64,000 nucleotides of DNA, from positions 416,001-480,000 of the forward strand of contig JAFATB010000023.1 in the NCBI GenBank assembly GCA_019244185.1, read 5' to 3'. Below the pieces are notes generated by a model that was not told where the DNA came from, did not search any database, and saw only the letters and a program-made list of their open reading frames with translations. Below, one piece after another: positions 46,055 to 54,963 of this stretch. The first letter of the stretch is position 1. Each line of letters begins with the position of its first letter. Source of the DNA: Acidobacteriota bacterium (GTDB lineage: Bacteria; Acidobacteriota; Thermoanaerobaculia; Gp7-AA8). A program made the translations under genes and the position numbers.

Positions 46055-49000
46055 ACGCGCCGCTGCGCGAGCTCGTACGTCGTGCCGCCGCCCTTGCGCT
46101 CCGGCTTGACGACGCGCTTGTACGCGGCGAGCGCGGCGTCGTTCGCGCCGTAGTTCTCGGCGATGCGGCCGAGGACGTACCAGTCGACGCTCGACGGCTC
46201 CTCGCGGCCCGCGGCGTCCATGCATTCGAGCAGCTTCGTGCGCGCTTCGAGGCTCTTGCCCGCTTCGGCGTATGCAGACGCGAGCGTATGCAGCGCGGGC
46301 CAGCCGCCGCCCGGCATCGACGTCGCCTGATGCGCGTCGTCGATGGCCTTGTCGTACGCGTTGCCGAGGAAGAGCTCGGCCCAGGCGATGGCGTTGTAGT
46401 CGTCGGACGTCGCGGACGACTGATCGATGAGCTGGCGGAGATACTTCGACGCGGTGTCGTACTGCCCTTTGTCCTCCGCGACCTCGGAGAGCAGCCGCAG
46501 CGCATCGCGGTCGTTCGGCATTTTTTCGAGACGCCCCTTCGCGACCTGTTCCGCGCCGGCGGCGTCGCCGCTGCTGATGAGCGCGTGCACGAGCGCGGTC
46601 AGCGCGCGCGGTGAATCGGGATACGCGGCGCTGATGCGGCGCGCGACGGCGAGCTCGTTCGCGTCGTCGCCGTTCTGCGCGTACGCGGTGAAGAGCGCGA
46701 TGTCGATCCAGATGCGCGAGGCCTCGGGTGTCTTCTCGCGGACTTCCGCGAGGAGCGGCGCCGCGGCGGGCGCGTAGTCCTGATCGGAGGTGAGCAGGAT
46801 GGCCGCGGCGGCACGCAGCTCGTCGGCGGTCGCGGTGCTCTTCGCCTTCGGCCAGAGCTCGGCGAACGGCGCGCCGCCGAGCGGATCGTCGCCGCCGCCG
46901 GCGGTCATGTCTTCGCGAATCCAGTTCAGCCACTGCCGCGCGGTCTCGAGCTCGTTCTTCTCGACGAAGTGCAGCACGGCGACGCCGATGCTGCCCGGCT
47001 GCGTGCGCGTGCCGGCGACGGCGAGGCGATCGTTCTCGCGGACGACGAACATCGCTTCGCCGGCGGCCGCGAAGCCGGAGAGTCCTGCCTTCGCGCGGAG
47101 GCGAATGCGATAGCCGGTGGCGTCGCTGCCGTCCTGCAGCAGGTCGATCGCGGCGATGCCGAGCTCCATCACGACGCGCGGGGACAGGTCATTGTCGGAG
47201 CTCTTCATGCGCGCGCGGGTGAGCGGATCGGCGCGCGGCGTCTCGTTCGTTTTCGCTTTTGCCTTCGCCTTTGCCTTCAGATCTTTCTCGAACGCCGCGA
47301 TGTACGACGCCTCGTACTTGTCGAGATCGTCGGAGGTGATGCTGTCGTCGGCGAAGAGCGACATCAGCTGCAGCGTGAGCGCCTTCGGATCGTCCTTCGC
47401 GAACTGCATCTCCTCGAGGCGTTTCGTGTGGCGCAGCACGTCGACGAGGCTGCGCACCTGCGTCGCGTTCGGCGCGCCCTGCGCGGACTGCTCGAGCAGC
47501 GCCGCCGCCTGCGGGTAGTAGCGCAGCTGCGTGAGCGTCTGCGCGGCGCCGGCGAGCACGCGGCGGCGCACGGTCGTGTCGACGGACGCGGCCTCGCGGA
47601 GCGCGCCGTCGACCCCTTCGGTCGCGGCGGCGGCGACGACGAGCGCCATCATCTTCTGATCGGCGTCCTTCACGTCGCGGGCGCGCGTCTTCATGTCGTC
47701 GAAGCGGCCGGCGTGCGCCATCGTCAGCAGCAGCTCGCCCTCGTAGCGCTCGTCCTTCAGATCCGTGACGATGCTCTTGTACTCGTCGATCGCCTCGGCG
47801 AGTTTCGCGTTGCGGCCGAACGCGACGCCGTCTTCGCCGCGCGTGAGGAGCTTCGCGTATTCGCCGCGGATCTCGACTTCTTTTGGGGCGAGCTCTTTCG
47901 CCTTCTTGTACTCGGCGAGCGCGCCGGCGAGGTCGAAGCCCTTGCGGAACTCGCGCGCGAGAAGGTCGTGCTGCAGGACGACGCCCATGAAGCGGTGCGC
48001 GGGCGCGTAGTTCGGCTCGAGCGCGATGGCGCGTTTCAGTTCGTCGCGCGCGACCTCGCCCATGCCGCCGCCGAAGTACGCGCGCGCGATCTGCACGTGA
48101 TGCCGCGCTTCCTTCGGATGCAGCGCCGCGAGCTTGCGGAACTCGGCGAGCGCGCCGCCGATGTCGCCGTTCGTGAGCTTCGTCCAGCCGAGCGAATCGA
48201 AGCCGAGGATCACGGCGTCGCTTTTCGATGCGGCGACGATGGCTTTGCGCGTCTCCTCGAACTCCGCGGGCGTGAGGCGGCGCTTGCCGCTGTCGAAGCG
48301 GATCGTCGCGACGATCGCGCCGTCGGGTGCGACTTCGTACTTCGACGTCAGCGTCGCCGCGCCGAGCTGGCGCGTGTCGCTCGGCGGCAGCGTACGCGCG
48401 ACGAAGCCGGGAGGCGGCACCGCGCGGTAGACCCACTCCTTCACGTACGGCGACGGGTTCACGAAATCGTGGACGCGCGTCTTCTTCGCTTTCTTGTCGT
48501 TCTCGTCCGGCTCGTTGTGCAGCGACCACGGCAGCGCATTCGCGAGCTGCTGCGGGAACAGCGCGACCGCGGCGTCGACGTCGCCGGTGCGTCCGCGGCC
48601 CGCGTCGGTCGCCTCGATGTTGATGTGGAACGGCGCGGTGAGATCGCGCGGATCGGTGTGATCGACGTTCTTCACCGCATCCGCCGCGTACTCCTGCTTC
48701 GCGTAGTTCTCCATCGCCTCGCGATAGTTCTTCTTGCTCGCGCCGGCGGCGTAGCGGCGCATCGACGAATCCTGCGACCCGGTGCCCTCGGTGAGCTCCG
48801 CGACGACAGCCTTGCCTTCGTCGGCGAGCGTGAACGTGCGCGTCTCGCGGATGAGGTTCGCGGACGACTCCGCGGCGGGCGTGCGGATGAGCGCCGTCGT
48901 CGCGGCTTCGGCGACGAGCACGAGGCGATCCTGATCGGAGATCGGCAGCGTGCCGGCGGGGGAGAACTCGTCGGTCGGATCGACCCACATCGGCTGTTCG

Positions 49001-50160
49001 CCGCCGACGCGCACGATTACGTGATTGAAGCCGCCGAGGCTAGGGAGATCGCTGTCAACGTCGAGGGAGGTGCCGGCGCGGAGCAGGACCACGTTCGCGG
49101 GAATGCCGGCGGAGCGCAGCATGGCCACGAGCAGCGTCGCCTTGTCCTTGCAGTCGCCGTACTTGAGATTGATGACGTTCTGCGGCGCGCGCGGCACGAT
49201 CGAGCCTTCGCCCACTTCGATGCCGGCGTAGCGGATGTTCTTCTGGATCGCCGCGAGCGCGCGCGCGACGACTTCGCGGCGATCGGTGGCGTTGCCGATC
49301 GCGTTCTTCGCGAACGCGGCGACGCTCGACGCGTCACCGATCTGCTTCTCCACGATCTCGTTGTAGCGGCGCGCGACTTCCTGCCACGAGCGGCCGGTCG
49401 AGAACGCGACGTACGGAACGTTCGATTCATCCGGCGGCAGGTTCCATTCGAGGTCCTCGAGCGCTTCCATGCGTGCGGACTCGAAGACGATGTGCTGCCG
49501 CCCGTCCTGCTCCGTCTTCAGCGGCTCGAGGTGCGGCGCGGTCTTGTTGACGAAACGCATCGCGAGCGCCGACGGCGCGTCGATGACGAGCCGCGCCTGC
49601 TGCACTGGCGCGAAACGGCCGAACATCATGCGACCGCTCGTGCCCGCGTCGTACAGCGGATTGCGGTCGTGATAGGTGATGAGCTGCTCGACGACCGCGC
49701 CCGCGGCCATGCCGGGGAGCGGCGCGCGCAGGATGCGGTTGTCGCTGAAGATGTCGTCGGACTCGTCGCCGGCCGCGGTTTCGGTAATCGACTTCGGATC
49801 GAGCGTCTGCACCGAGCCGTCTTTCGCGATCACGCGTGCTTCGAGCGCCGGCTTCTCGTAGTACCAAGGAGCCCAGTCGGCTTCGACGGTCGACCAGTCG
49901 TCGACCGCGGAGGCGTCGGCGATGCGAAAGATCAGGTGCTCTTGGCGTGTGGCGCGGCCGTCCGCGTCGAACGTGTAATGGAGCTCGTCGAGCAGCACGA
50001 CCGCGGGCGCGTCGCCGGCGGGAACGGCTTCGGCCGCGGCGACGATCGCTTTGGGCTCGCCGGAAAACGGCGCGCCGTTCCACGGCAACTCGGCCGCCGC
50101 GAGAGGAAGCGCAAGACACACGACCGCCGCGAGCCGGGCGCGCAGGATGAAACGCAACAT
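46033..50160 (-). CDS. Secreted DUF3857 + transglutaminase-like + TPR protein
   Basis: Signal peptide, YGDCKDKA (Cys), FNHVI (His), WVDPT (Asp), many TPR-like repeats. Confidence 0.88.
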   Translation of the reverse strand: MLRFILRARLAAVVCLALPLAAAELPWNGAPFSGEPKAIVAAAEAVPAGDAPAVVLLDELHYTFDADGRATRQEHLIFRIADASAVDDWSTVEADWAPWYYEKPALEARVIAKDGSVQTLDPKSITETAAGDESDDIFSDNRILRAPLPGMAAGAVVEQLITYHDRNPLYDAGTSGRMMFGRFAPVQQARLVIDAPSALAMRFVNKTAPHLEPLKTEQDGRQHIVFESARMEALEDLEWNLPPDESNVPYVAFSTGRSWQEVARRYNEIVEKQIGDASSVAAFAKNAIGNATDRREVVARALAAIQKNIRYAGIEVGEGSIVPRAPQNVINLKYGDCKDKATLLVAMLRSAGIPANVVLLRAGTSLDVDSDLPSLGGFNHVIVRVGGEQPMWVDPTDEFSPAGTLPISDQDRLVLVAEAATTALIRTPAAESSANLIRETRTFTLADEGKAVVAELTEGTGSQDSSMRRYAAGASKKNYREAMENYAKQEYAADAVKNVDHTDPRDLTAPFHINIEATDAGRGRTGDVDAAVALFPQQLANALPWSLHNEPDENDKKAKKTRVHDFVNPSPYVKEWVYRAVPPPGFVARTLPPSDTRQLGAATLTSKYEVAPDGAIVATIRFDSGKRRLTPAEFEETRKAIVAASKSDAVILGFDSLGWTKLTNGDIGGALAEFRKLAALHPKEARHHVQIARAYFGGGMGEVARDELKRAIALEPNYAPAHRFMGVVLQHDLLAREFRKGFDLAGALAEYKKAKELAPKEVEIRGEYAKLLTRGEDGVAFGRNAKLAEAIDEYKSIVTDLKDERYEGELLLTMAHAGRFDDMKTRARDVKDADQKMMALVVAAAATEGVDGALREAASVDTTVRRRVLAGAAQTLTQLRYYPQAAALLEQSAQGAPNATQVRSLVDVLRHTKRLEEMQFAKDDPKALTLQLMSLFADDSITSDDLDKYEASYIAAFEKDLKAKAKAKAKTNETPRADPLTRARMKSSDNDLSPRVVMELGIAAIDLLQDGSDATGYRIRLRAKAGLSGFAAAGEAMFVVRENDRLAVAGTRTQPGSIGVAVLHFVEKNELETARQWLNWIREDMTAGGGDDPLGGAPFAELWPKAKSTATADELRAAAAILLTSDQDYAPAAAPLLAEVREKTPEASRIWIDIALFTAYAQNGDDANELAVARRISAAYPDSPRALTALVHALISSGDAAGAEQVAKGRLEKMPNDRDALRLLSEVAEDKGQYDTASKYLRQLIDQSSATSDDYNAIAWAELFLGNAYDKAIDDAHQATSMPGGGWPALHTLASAYAEAGKSLEARTKLLECMDAAGREEPSSVDWYVLGRIAENYGANDAALAAYKRVVKPERKGGGTTYELAQRRVQSLGQR

Positions 50161-50231
50161 GAGAGCTCCTGGTGGGTTATTTGAACCGTTGACGATGGTA
50201 GCACGCGATACGATGCGGACGGACGACCTCG

Positions 50232-51005
50232 ATGCATTCCGAAGCCTATGATGCGTTCGCTTACGCCTACGACGCCGCGCTGGGACGAAGGTTCTTCACC
50301 GCCGCGCGCGCGTTGCTGCACGAGCTGCTCGATCGCTATCCCACGCCGAAGCGCTCGCATCTCGATCTCGCGTGCGGCACCGGCCTGGCGATGGAGTTTT
50401 TCCGTTCACAGGGGTGGCGTCCGACGGGCGTCGACGCCTCGGTGCCGATGCTCGAGATCGCGCGCGGCCGCGTGCCCGACGCGCGTCTCGTCGCCGGCGA
50501 TCTGCGCGCGCTGCCGCTGCGCGGACGCTTCGCGCGCATCACGTGTCTCTACGACAGCCTCAATCATCTGCTCGAGCGCGAGCAGCTCGTCGCCGCGTTC
50601 CAGGGCGTGCGCGGCGTGATGGATCACGACTCGCTCTTTTTCTTCGACATGAACCATCCCGACATCTATCCGGAGGTATGGGGACTGGCAGAGCCGTACA
50701 CGTCGCGCGGCGAAGATCATCAGCTCGAGATCGCCACGACGTATCGCAAGCGGCAGAAGCTCGCGACGGCAATGGTGCGCGGTTGGGCGACGATCGGCGG
50801 TACGCGCGTCACGATCCGCGAGCAGCGGCTGCAGCGCGCGTACAGCGAGAAGGAGATCGTAGGCGCGCTGGAGGAGGCGGGACTCGCGCCGGTCGACGTC
50901 ATCGACTTCGATCCGTATCAGGAAGCCGATGACGTCGACGCGGCGACGGTGAAACTGTTCTTCGTTTGTGCGCCGGTCAGTGTTGGCCGAGCACGGCTTT
51001 CTTGA
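50232..51005 (+). CDS. Class I SAM-dependent methyltransferase
   Basis: LDLACGTG, GVDASVPML, CLYDSLNHL, FFFDMN. Confidence 0.9.
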   Translation: MHSEAYDAFAYAYDAALGRRFFTAARALLHELLDRYPTPKRSHLDLACGTGLAMEFFRSQGWRPTGVDASVPMLEIARGRVPDARLVAGDLRALPLRGRFARITCLYDSLNHLLEREQLVAAFQGVRGVMDHDSLFFFDMNHPDIYPEVWGLAEPYTSRGEDHQLEIATTYRKRQKLATAMVRGWATIGGTRVTIREQRLQRAYSEKEIVGALEEAGLAPVDVIDFDPYQEADDVDAATVKLFFVCAPVSVGRARLS

Positions 51006-51534
51006 AGTCGTCGCCGGGGCCGGGCTTCGGGCCGATCCACGTGTTGAGGATCGCGTCGGACGTCGCTTTGCCGCCGAGCGTCCCCTTGCTCTTGCCGTTG
51101 ACTTCGACGGTCGTGCCGATGCCGGGGACGTACGTCAGCACGATCGTGTGACCGCTCGGCACGTCTTCCATCCACGACTGCAGCGTCTTGAATGCCGTCT
51201 TCACCTCGGGCGACGCATTCGGCGTGTTGTCCTCGAGCCCTTCCTGCCACGCGTCCGCCATCTGCGACTTGCTGACGCTGAAGAGGAAGTGCAGCACCAT
51301 GCGGCGCGGCGCGTCGGTGGCGATCACGGTCGCAGCGCTGGTCTGCTTCGCCGGCAGATAGAGTCCGCCGACGTAGACCTTGATGAAGAGCTTCTTGCGG
51401 AGCGCCGCGCCGTTGAGCACGAGCGTCTGGTTGTTGACCGAGGTCCGGTCTTCGAGCGTGACACCCGCGACAGTGGCGGCGTTTGCGGCAGCCGCTGCCA
51501 GGACGAGGGTTGCGGCGAGGAGCAGCTTGCGCAT
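50977..51534 (-). CDS. Secreted chalcone-isomerase-like protein
   Basis: Signal peptide, LVLNGAALRKKLFIKVYVGGLYL, WIGPKP. GGAGG RBS. Confidence 0.88.
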   Translation of the reverse strand: MRKLLLAATLVLAAAAANAATVAGVTLEDRTSVNNQTLVLNGAALRKKLFIKVYVGGLYLPAKQTSAATVIATDAPRRMVLHFLFSVSKSQMADAWQEGLEDNTPNASPEVKTAFKTLQSWMEDVPSGHTIVLTYVPGIGTTVEVNGKSKGTLGGKATSDAILNTWIGPKPGPGDDFKKAVLGQH

Positions 51535-51592
51535 CAGTTCGATTCCTCCGTGCGGGATTGTAACCCGCGGCATCGACGTTAAACTCCGTCCA

Positions 51593-52591
51593 GTGACGAA
51601 CCACCTCGAACGCTCGTTCTCGATCGGCGGCGTGCACATCGCGCAGCCGCTCGCCCTCGCGCCGATGGCCGAGGTGACGGACACGTATTACCGCTCGCTC
51701 ATCAAAGAGCTCGGCGGCGTGGGGCTCGTCGTCTCGGAGTTCATCTCCGCGGAAGGGCTGACGCGCAAGAACGACCGCAGCCATCAGATGCTCGCGTTCA
51801 ACGAGAACGAGCGGCCGGTGGCGATTCAGATCTACGGCGGCGATCCGGAGCGGATGGACGACGCGGCGGCGATCGTCGAGGCGCAGGGCGTCGACATCGT
51901 CGACGTCAACATGGGCTGCCCGGTGAAGAAGATCGTCAACAGCGGCGCGGGCTCGGCGCTGCTCAAGGACTTCGACAAAGCGGCGCGCGTGGTCGAGAAG
52001 ATCAAAGCCGCGGTGAAGATCCCGGTCACGGTGAAAGTGCGCAAGGGGTGGGAGTCGAACGACGTCATCCCGCTGCTCAAGCGCTTCGAGGACATCGGCG
52101 TCGCCGCGATCGCAATCCACGGCCGCACGCGCAGCGAGGCGTACACCGGCGCAAGCGACTGGAACTACATCGCGCGCGTGAAGAGCGAGCTCACGATTCC
52201 GGTGTGGGGCAACGGCGACGTGAAGACCGCCGCCGACGCGATCCGCATGTTCGAGACGACCGGCGTCGACGGCGTGATGATCGGCCGCGCCGCGCTGCAC
52301 AATCCATTCATCTTCCGCGACATTCACGCGTACGTGCGCGGCGAGCGGATGATCGAGAACGAAGTCGAGCGCCGCATCGACGCGATGCAGAAGTACCTCT
52401 CGAAGATCGACGCCGCGCCGCAGATCGACCGCTGGAAGCTGCACAAGGCGCGCACCGTGATCGGCTGGTTCTCGAAAGGCATCCCGCACGGCAAGGACAT
52501 CCGCATGGGACTGCAGGACATCGCCTGCGTCGCCGACGCCCAGCGGCTGCTCGAGCTCGCGCGCACGCGCATGAACGCGTACGCCGCGTGA
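51593..52591 (+). CDS. dusB: tRNA-dihydrouridine synthase
   Basis: LAPMAEVTD, DVNMGCP, VTVKVRKGW, IHGRT, GNGDV, GVMIGRAA. Confidence 0.94.
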   Translation: MTNHLERSFSIGGVHIAQPLALAPMAEVTDTYYRSLIKELGGVGLVVSEFISAEGLTRKNDRSHQMLAFNENERPVAIQIYGGDPERMDDAAAIVEAQGVDIVDVNMGCPVKKIVNSGAGSALLKDFDKAARVVEKIKAAVKIPVTVKVRKGWESNDVIPLLKRFEDIGVAAIAIHGRTRSEAYTGASDWNYIARVKSELTIPVWGNGDVKTAADAIRMFETTGVDGVMIGRAALHNPFIFRDIHAYVRGERMIENEVERRIDAMQKYLSKIDAAPQIDRWKLHKARTVIGWFSKGIPHGKDIRMGLQDIACVADAQRLLELARTRMNAYAA

Positions 52592-53538
52592 GCTTTCCCG
52601 AGCATCTCGATCGCATCCTGAACGCGTACGGCGTCGCGGCGGACACGAAGGCCGCGCTCTACGATCTCTATCTCTCGCTCGGCGATGAAGTGCTGGAAGT
52701 CTTCAGCGACATCGCGGAGACGTCGGCTTCCGTCGCGTCGCTGCGTCCGGAAGACACGACGACGATTCGCGCGCGCGTCGTCGAGCGCTATCTCGCGCGC
52801 AATCATCCGCGCTGGACCGCGGGCCAGCCGACCGCGAGCCTGTGGCATCCGCGCGTCGCGGAAGGTCGCGCGTCAGGCCTGGCGATTCCGCTCGGCGAGC
52901 CTCCCGAAGCCGCGCGTCGGGCGGTGGGCGAGGGGCAGTCGGTCCCCGACGGCTTCCTCATGCTCGGCCGCAACGCGCACCTCGGCGGACGCGCGGATAC
53001 GATCTCGTTCGACCTCGTGGCGACCTCGCTCGACGATGCGCTCGCGCTCGCGCGCGCCGAAGGGCAGCAGCACACGTTGCCCGGTTCCGCGGGCGAAACG
53101 AGCGGCACGTTCGACAGCCAGCGCGGTCTCGCGCTGCTGTGGGAAGTGCAGCCGAACGTCTACAAGCCCGCGGGCGAGCGCAATCGCGCCATCGCGCGGC
53201 TGTACCGGCGGCATCGCAACTGGCACCTCGCCACACTTGCATCCGCGCTCGACTGGCTCGCGCAGCAGCGCTGCACGACGTTCATCCTGCGCGGCGATGC
53301 GCTCGCGGCGACGCACGAGGTGAATCCCGAAAAGCCGCTCTCGCCGGCGATCGCCGCGCTGCACGACCGCACCGTCGAACGCGTCACGCGCGCGCTCGCG
53401 CTGACGCTCGAAGCGCCGTCGCCGCTCGACGAGCTGCAACTGCTCGATTCGGCGGTCATGAACCACGCGCTGCGGCGTCACGTTCTGCAGCACGGCGCGG
53501 CGGGCGCCGTCTGGCGCGTGATGGGAATGCCAGCTTAG
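52588..53538 (+). CDS. Hypothetical protein of unknown function
   Basis: 316 aa. GTG overlaps the dusB TGA. Fills the gap to rimO with coding-like bias. Confidence 0.75.
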   Translation: MSFPEHLDRILNAYGVAADTKAALYDLYLSLGDEVLEVFSDIAETSASVASLRPEDTTTIRARVVERYLARNHPRWTAGQPTASLWHPRVAEGRASGLAIPLGEPPEAARRAVGEGQSVPDGFLMLGRNAHLGGRADTISFDLVATSLDDALALARAEGQQHTLPGSAGETSGTFDSQRGLALLWEVQPNVYKPAGERNRAIARLYRRHRNWHLATLASALDWLAQQRCTTFILRGDALAATHEVNPEKPLSPAIAALHDRTVERVTRALALTLEAPSPLDELQLLDSAVMNHALRRHVLQHGAAGAVWRVMGMPA

Positions 53539-53583
53539 CCGCGCGGGAAGCGTGCGCGGCATGTTCCTGTTGCTAGCAGTTCC

Positions 53584-54948
53584 ATGACCGTTGTCGCACC
53601 CGAAAAGCCTGTCCGCCGCGTGGGGATGATCTCCCTCGGCTGCCCGAAGAATCTCGTCGATGCCGAGATCATGCTCGGGCAGTTGCAAGCGGAGTCGGAC
53701 GTCGTGCTGACGAACGACCTCGACGATGCCGACGTCGTCATCGTCAACACCTGCGGCTTCATCGATGCGGCGAAGCAGGAGTCGATCGACACGATCCTCG
53801 AGGTCGCCGAGAAAAAAGGGCGCGGCGTCGAGCGGCTCATCGTCACCGGCTGCATGGTGCAGAAGTACCGCACCGACCTGCAGCAGTCGATCCCCGAGAT
53901 CGACGCATTCGTCGGCCTCGATCACCTCGAGAAAATCACCGAAGCGGTCACCGGTGTCGTCGATGACGCGGCGCCGGTGAAGCGGAAGATGTCGGTGCGG
54001 TTGTACGAAGATCTGCCGCGCGTGCTCACGCACGGTACCGCGCACGCGTATCTCAAAGTCAGCGAAGGCTGCTCGAATCCGTGCACGTTCTGCGCGATTC
54101 CGCAGATGCGCGGCAAGTTCCGCTCGCGCAGCATCGAGTCGCTCGTGCGCGAGGCGCAACAACTCCAGGCCGCGGGCGTGCTCGAACTGAACCTCGTCGC
54201 GCAGGACACGACGCGTTACGGCGAAGACCTCGGCCACGCGCACGGGCTCACGCAACTCGTGGAGACGCTGCTGCGCGAGACCGACTTCCGCTGGATCCGT
54301 TTCCTGTACGCGTATCCCGGCTCGCTCGACTGGAGCCTCTTCGAGCTGATGGCGCGCGAGCCGCGCTTCGCGTCGTACGTCGACATCCCGCTGCAGCACG
54401 TCTCCGCGAACGTCCTCGGACGCATGCGTCGTCCCGGGTCGCCGTCGGAGTATCGCGAAATGATCGCGCGCATGCGCTCGCTCGTGCCGGACCTCACGAT
54501 CCGCACGACGTTCATCACCGGACATCCCGGCGAAACGCCGAAGGATTTCGGCGAGCTCTATGACTTCGTCGAATGGGCGCGCTTCGACAACATGGGCGCG
54601 TTCGTCTATTCAGCCGAGGACTCGACGATCGCCGCGCGCATGCCGGACGTGCCGACGCGCAAGACCGCGGAGCGCCGCCGCGCGAAGCTGATGGAACTGC
54701 AGCAGCAGATCGCGCTCTCGCGCAATGAAGCACGCGTCGGGCAGACGTACGACGCGCTCGTCACCGGCGTCTGTGAGGAGACCGAGCATCTGCTCGAAGG
54801 CCGCATCATCGGCCAGGCGCCGGAGATCGACGGCCGGCTGCTGATCAACGACGGCATCGATCGCCTGCCGAAGTCGCTGCCGGCGTTCGCGCGCATCGAG
54901 ATCACCGACGCGCATCCGTACGATCTCGTCGGCGCCGTCGTCGCGTAA
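53584..54948 (+). CDS. rimO: Ribosomal protein S12 methylthiotransferase
   Basis: SLGCPKNLVD, NTCGFI, EGCSNPCTFCAIP radical SAM motif, WIRFLYAYP, APEIDG TRAM domain. Confidence 0.96.
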   Translation: MTVVAPEKPVRRVGMISLGCPKNLVDAEIMLGQLQAESDVVLTNDLDDADVVIVNTCGFIDAAKQESIDTILEVAEKKGRGVERLIVTGCMVQKYRTDLQQSIPEIDAFVGLDHLEKITEAVTGVVDDAAPVKRKMSVRLYEDLPRVLTHGTAHAYLKVSEGCSNPCTFCAIPQMRGKFRSRSIESLVREAQQLQAAGVLELNLVAQDTTRYGEDLGHAHGLTQLVETLLRETDFRWIRFLYAYPGSLDWSLFELMAREPRFASYVDIPLQHVSANVLGRMRRPGSPSEYREMIARMRSLVPDLTIRTTFITGHPGETPKDFGELYDFVEWARFDNMGAFVYSAEDSTIAARMPDVPTRKTAERRRAKLMELQQQIALSRNEARVGQTYDALVTGVCEETEHLLEGRIIGQAPEIDGRLLINDGIDRLPKSLPAFARIEITDAHPYDLVGAVVA

Positions 54949-54963
54949 CGCGTCGCCTGCCTC

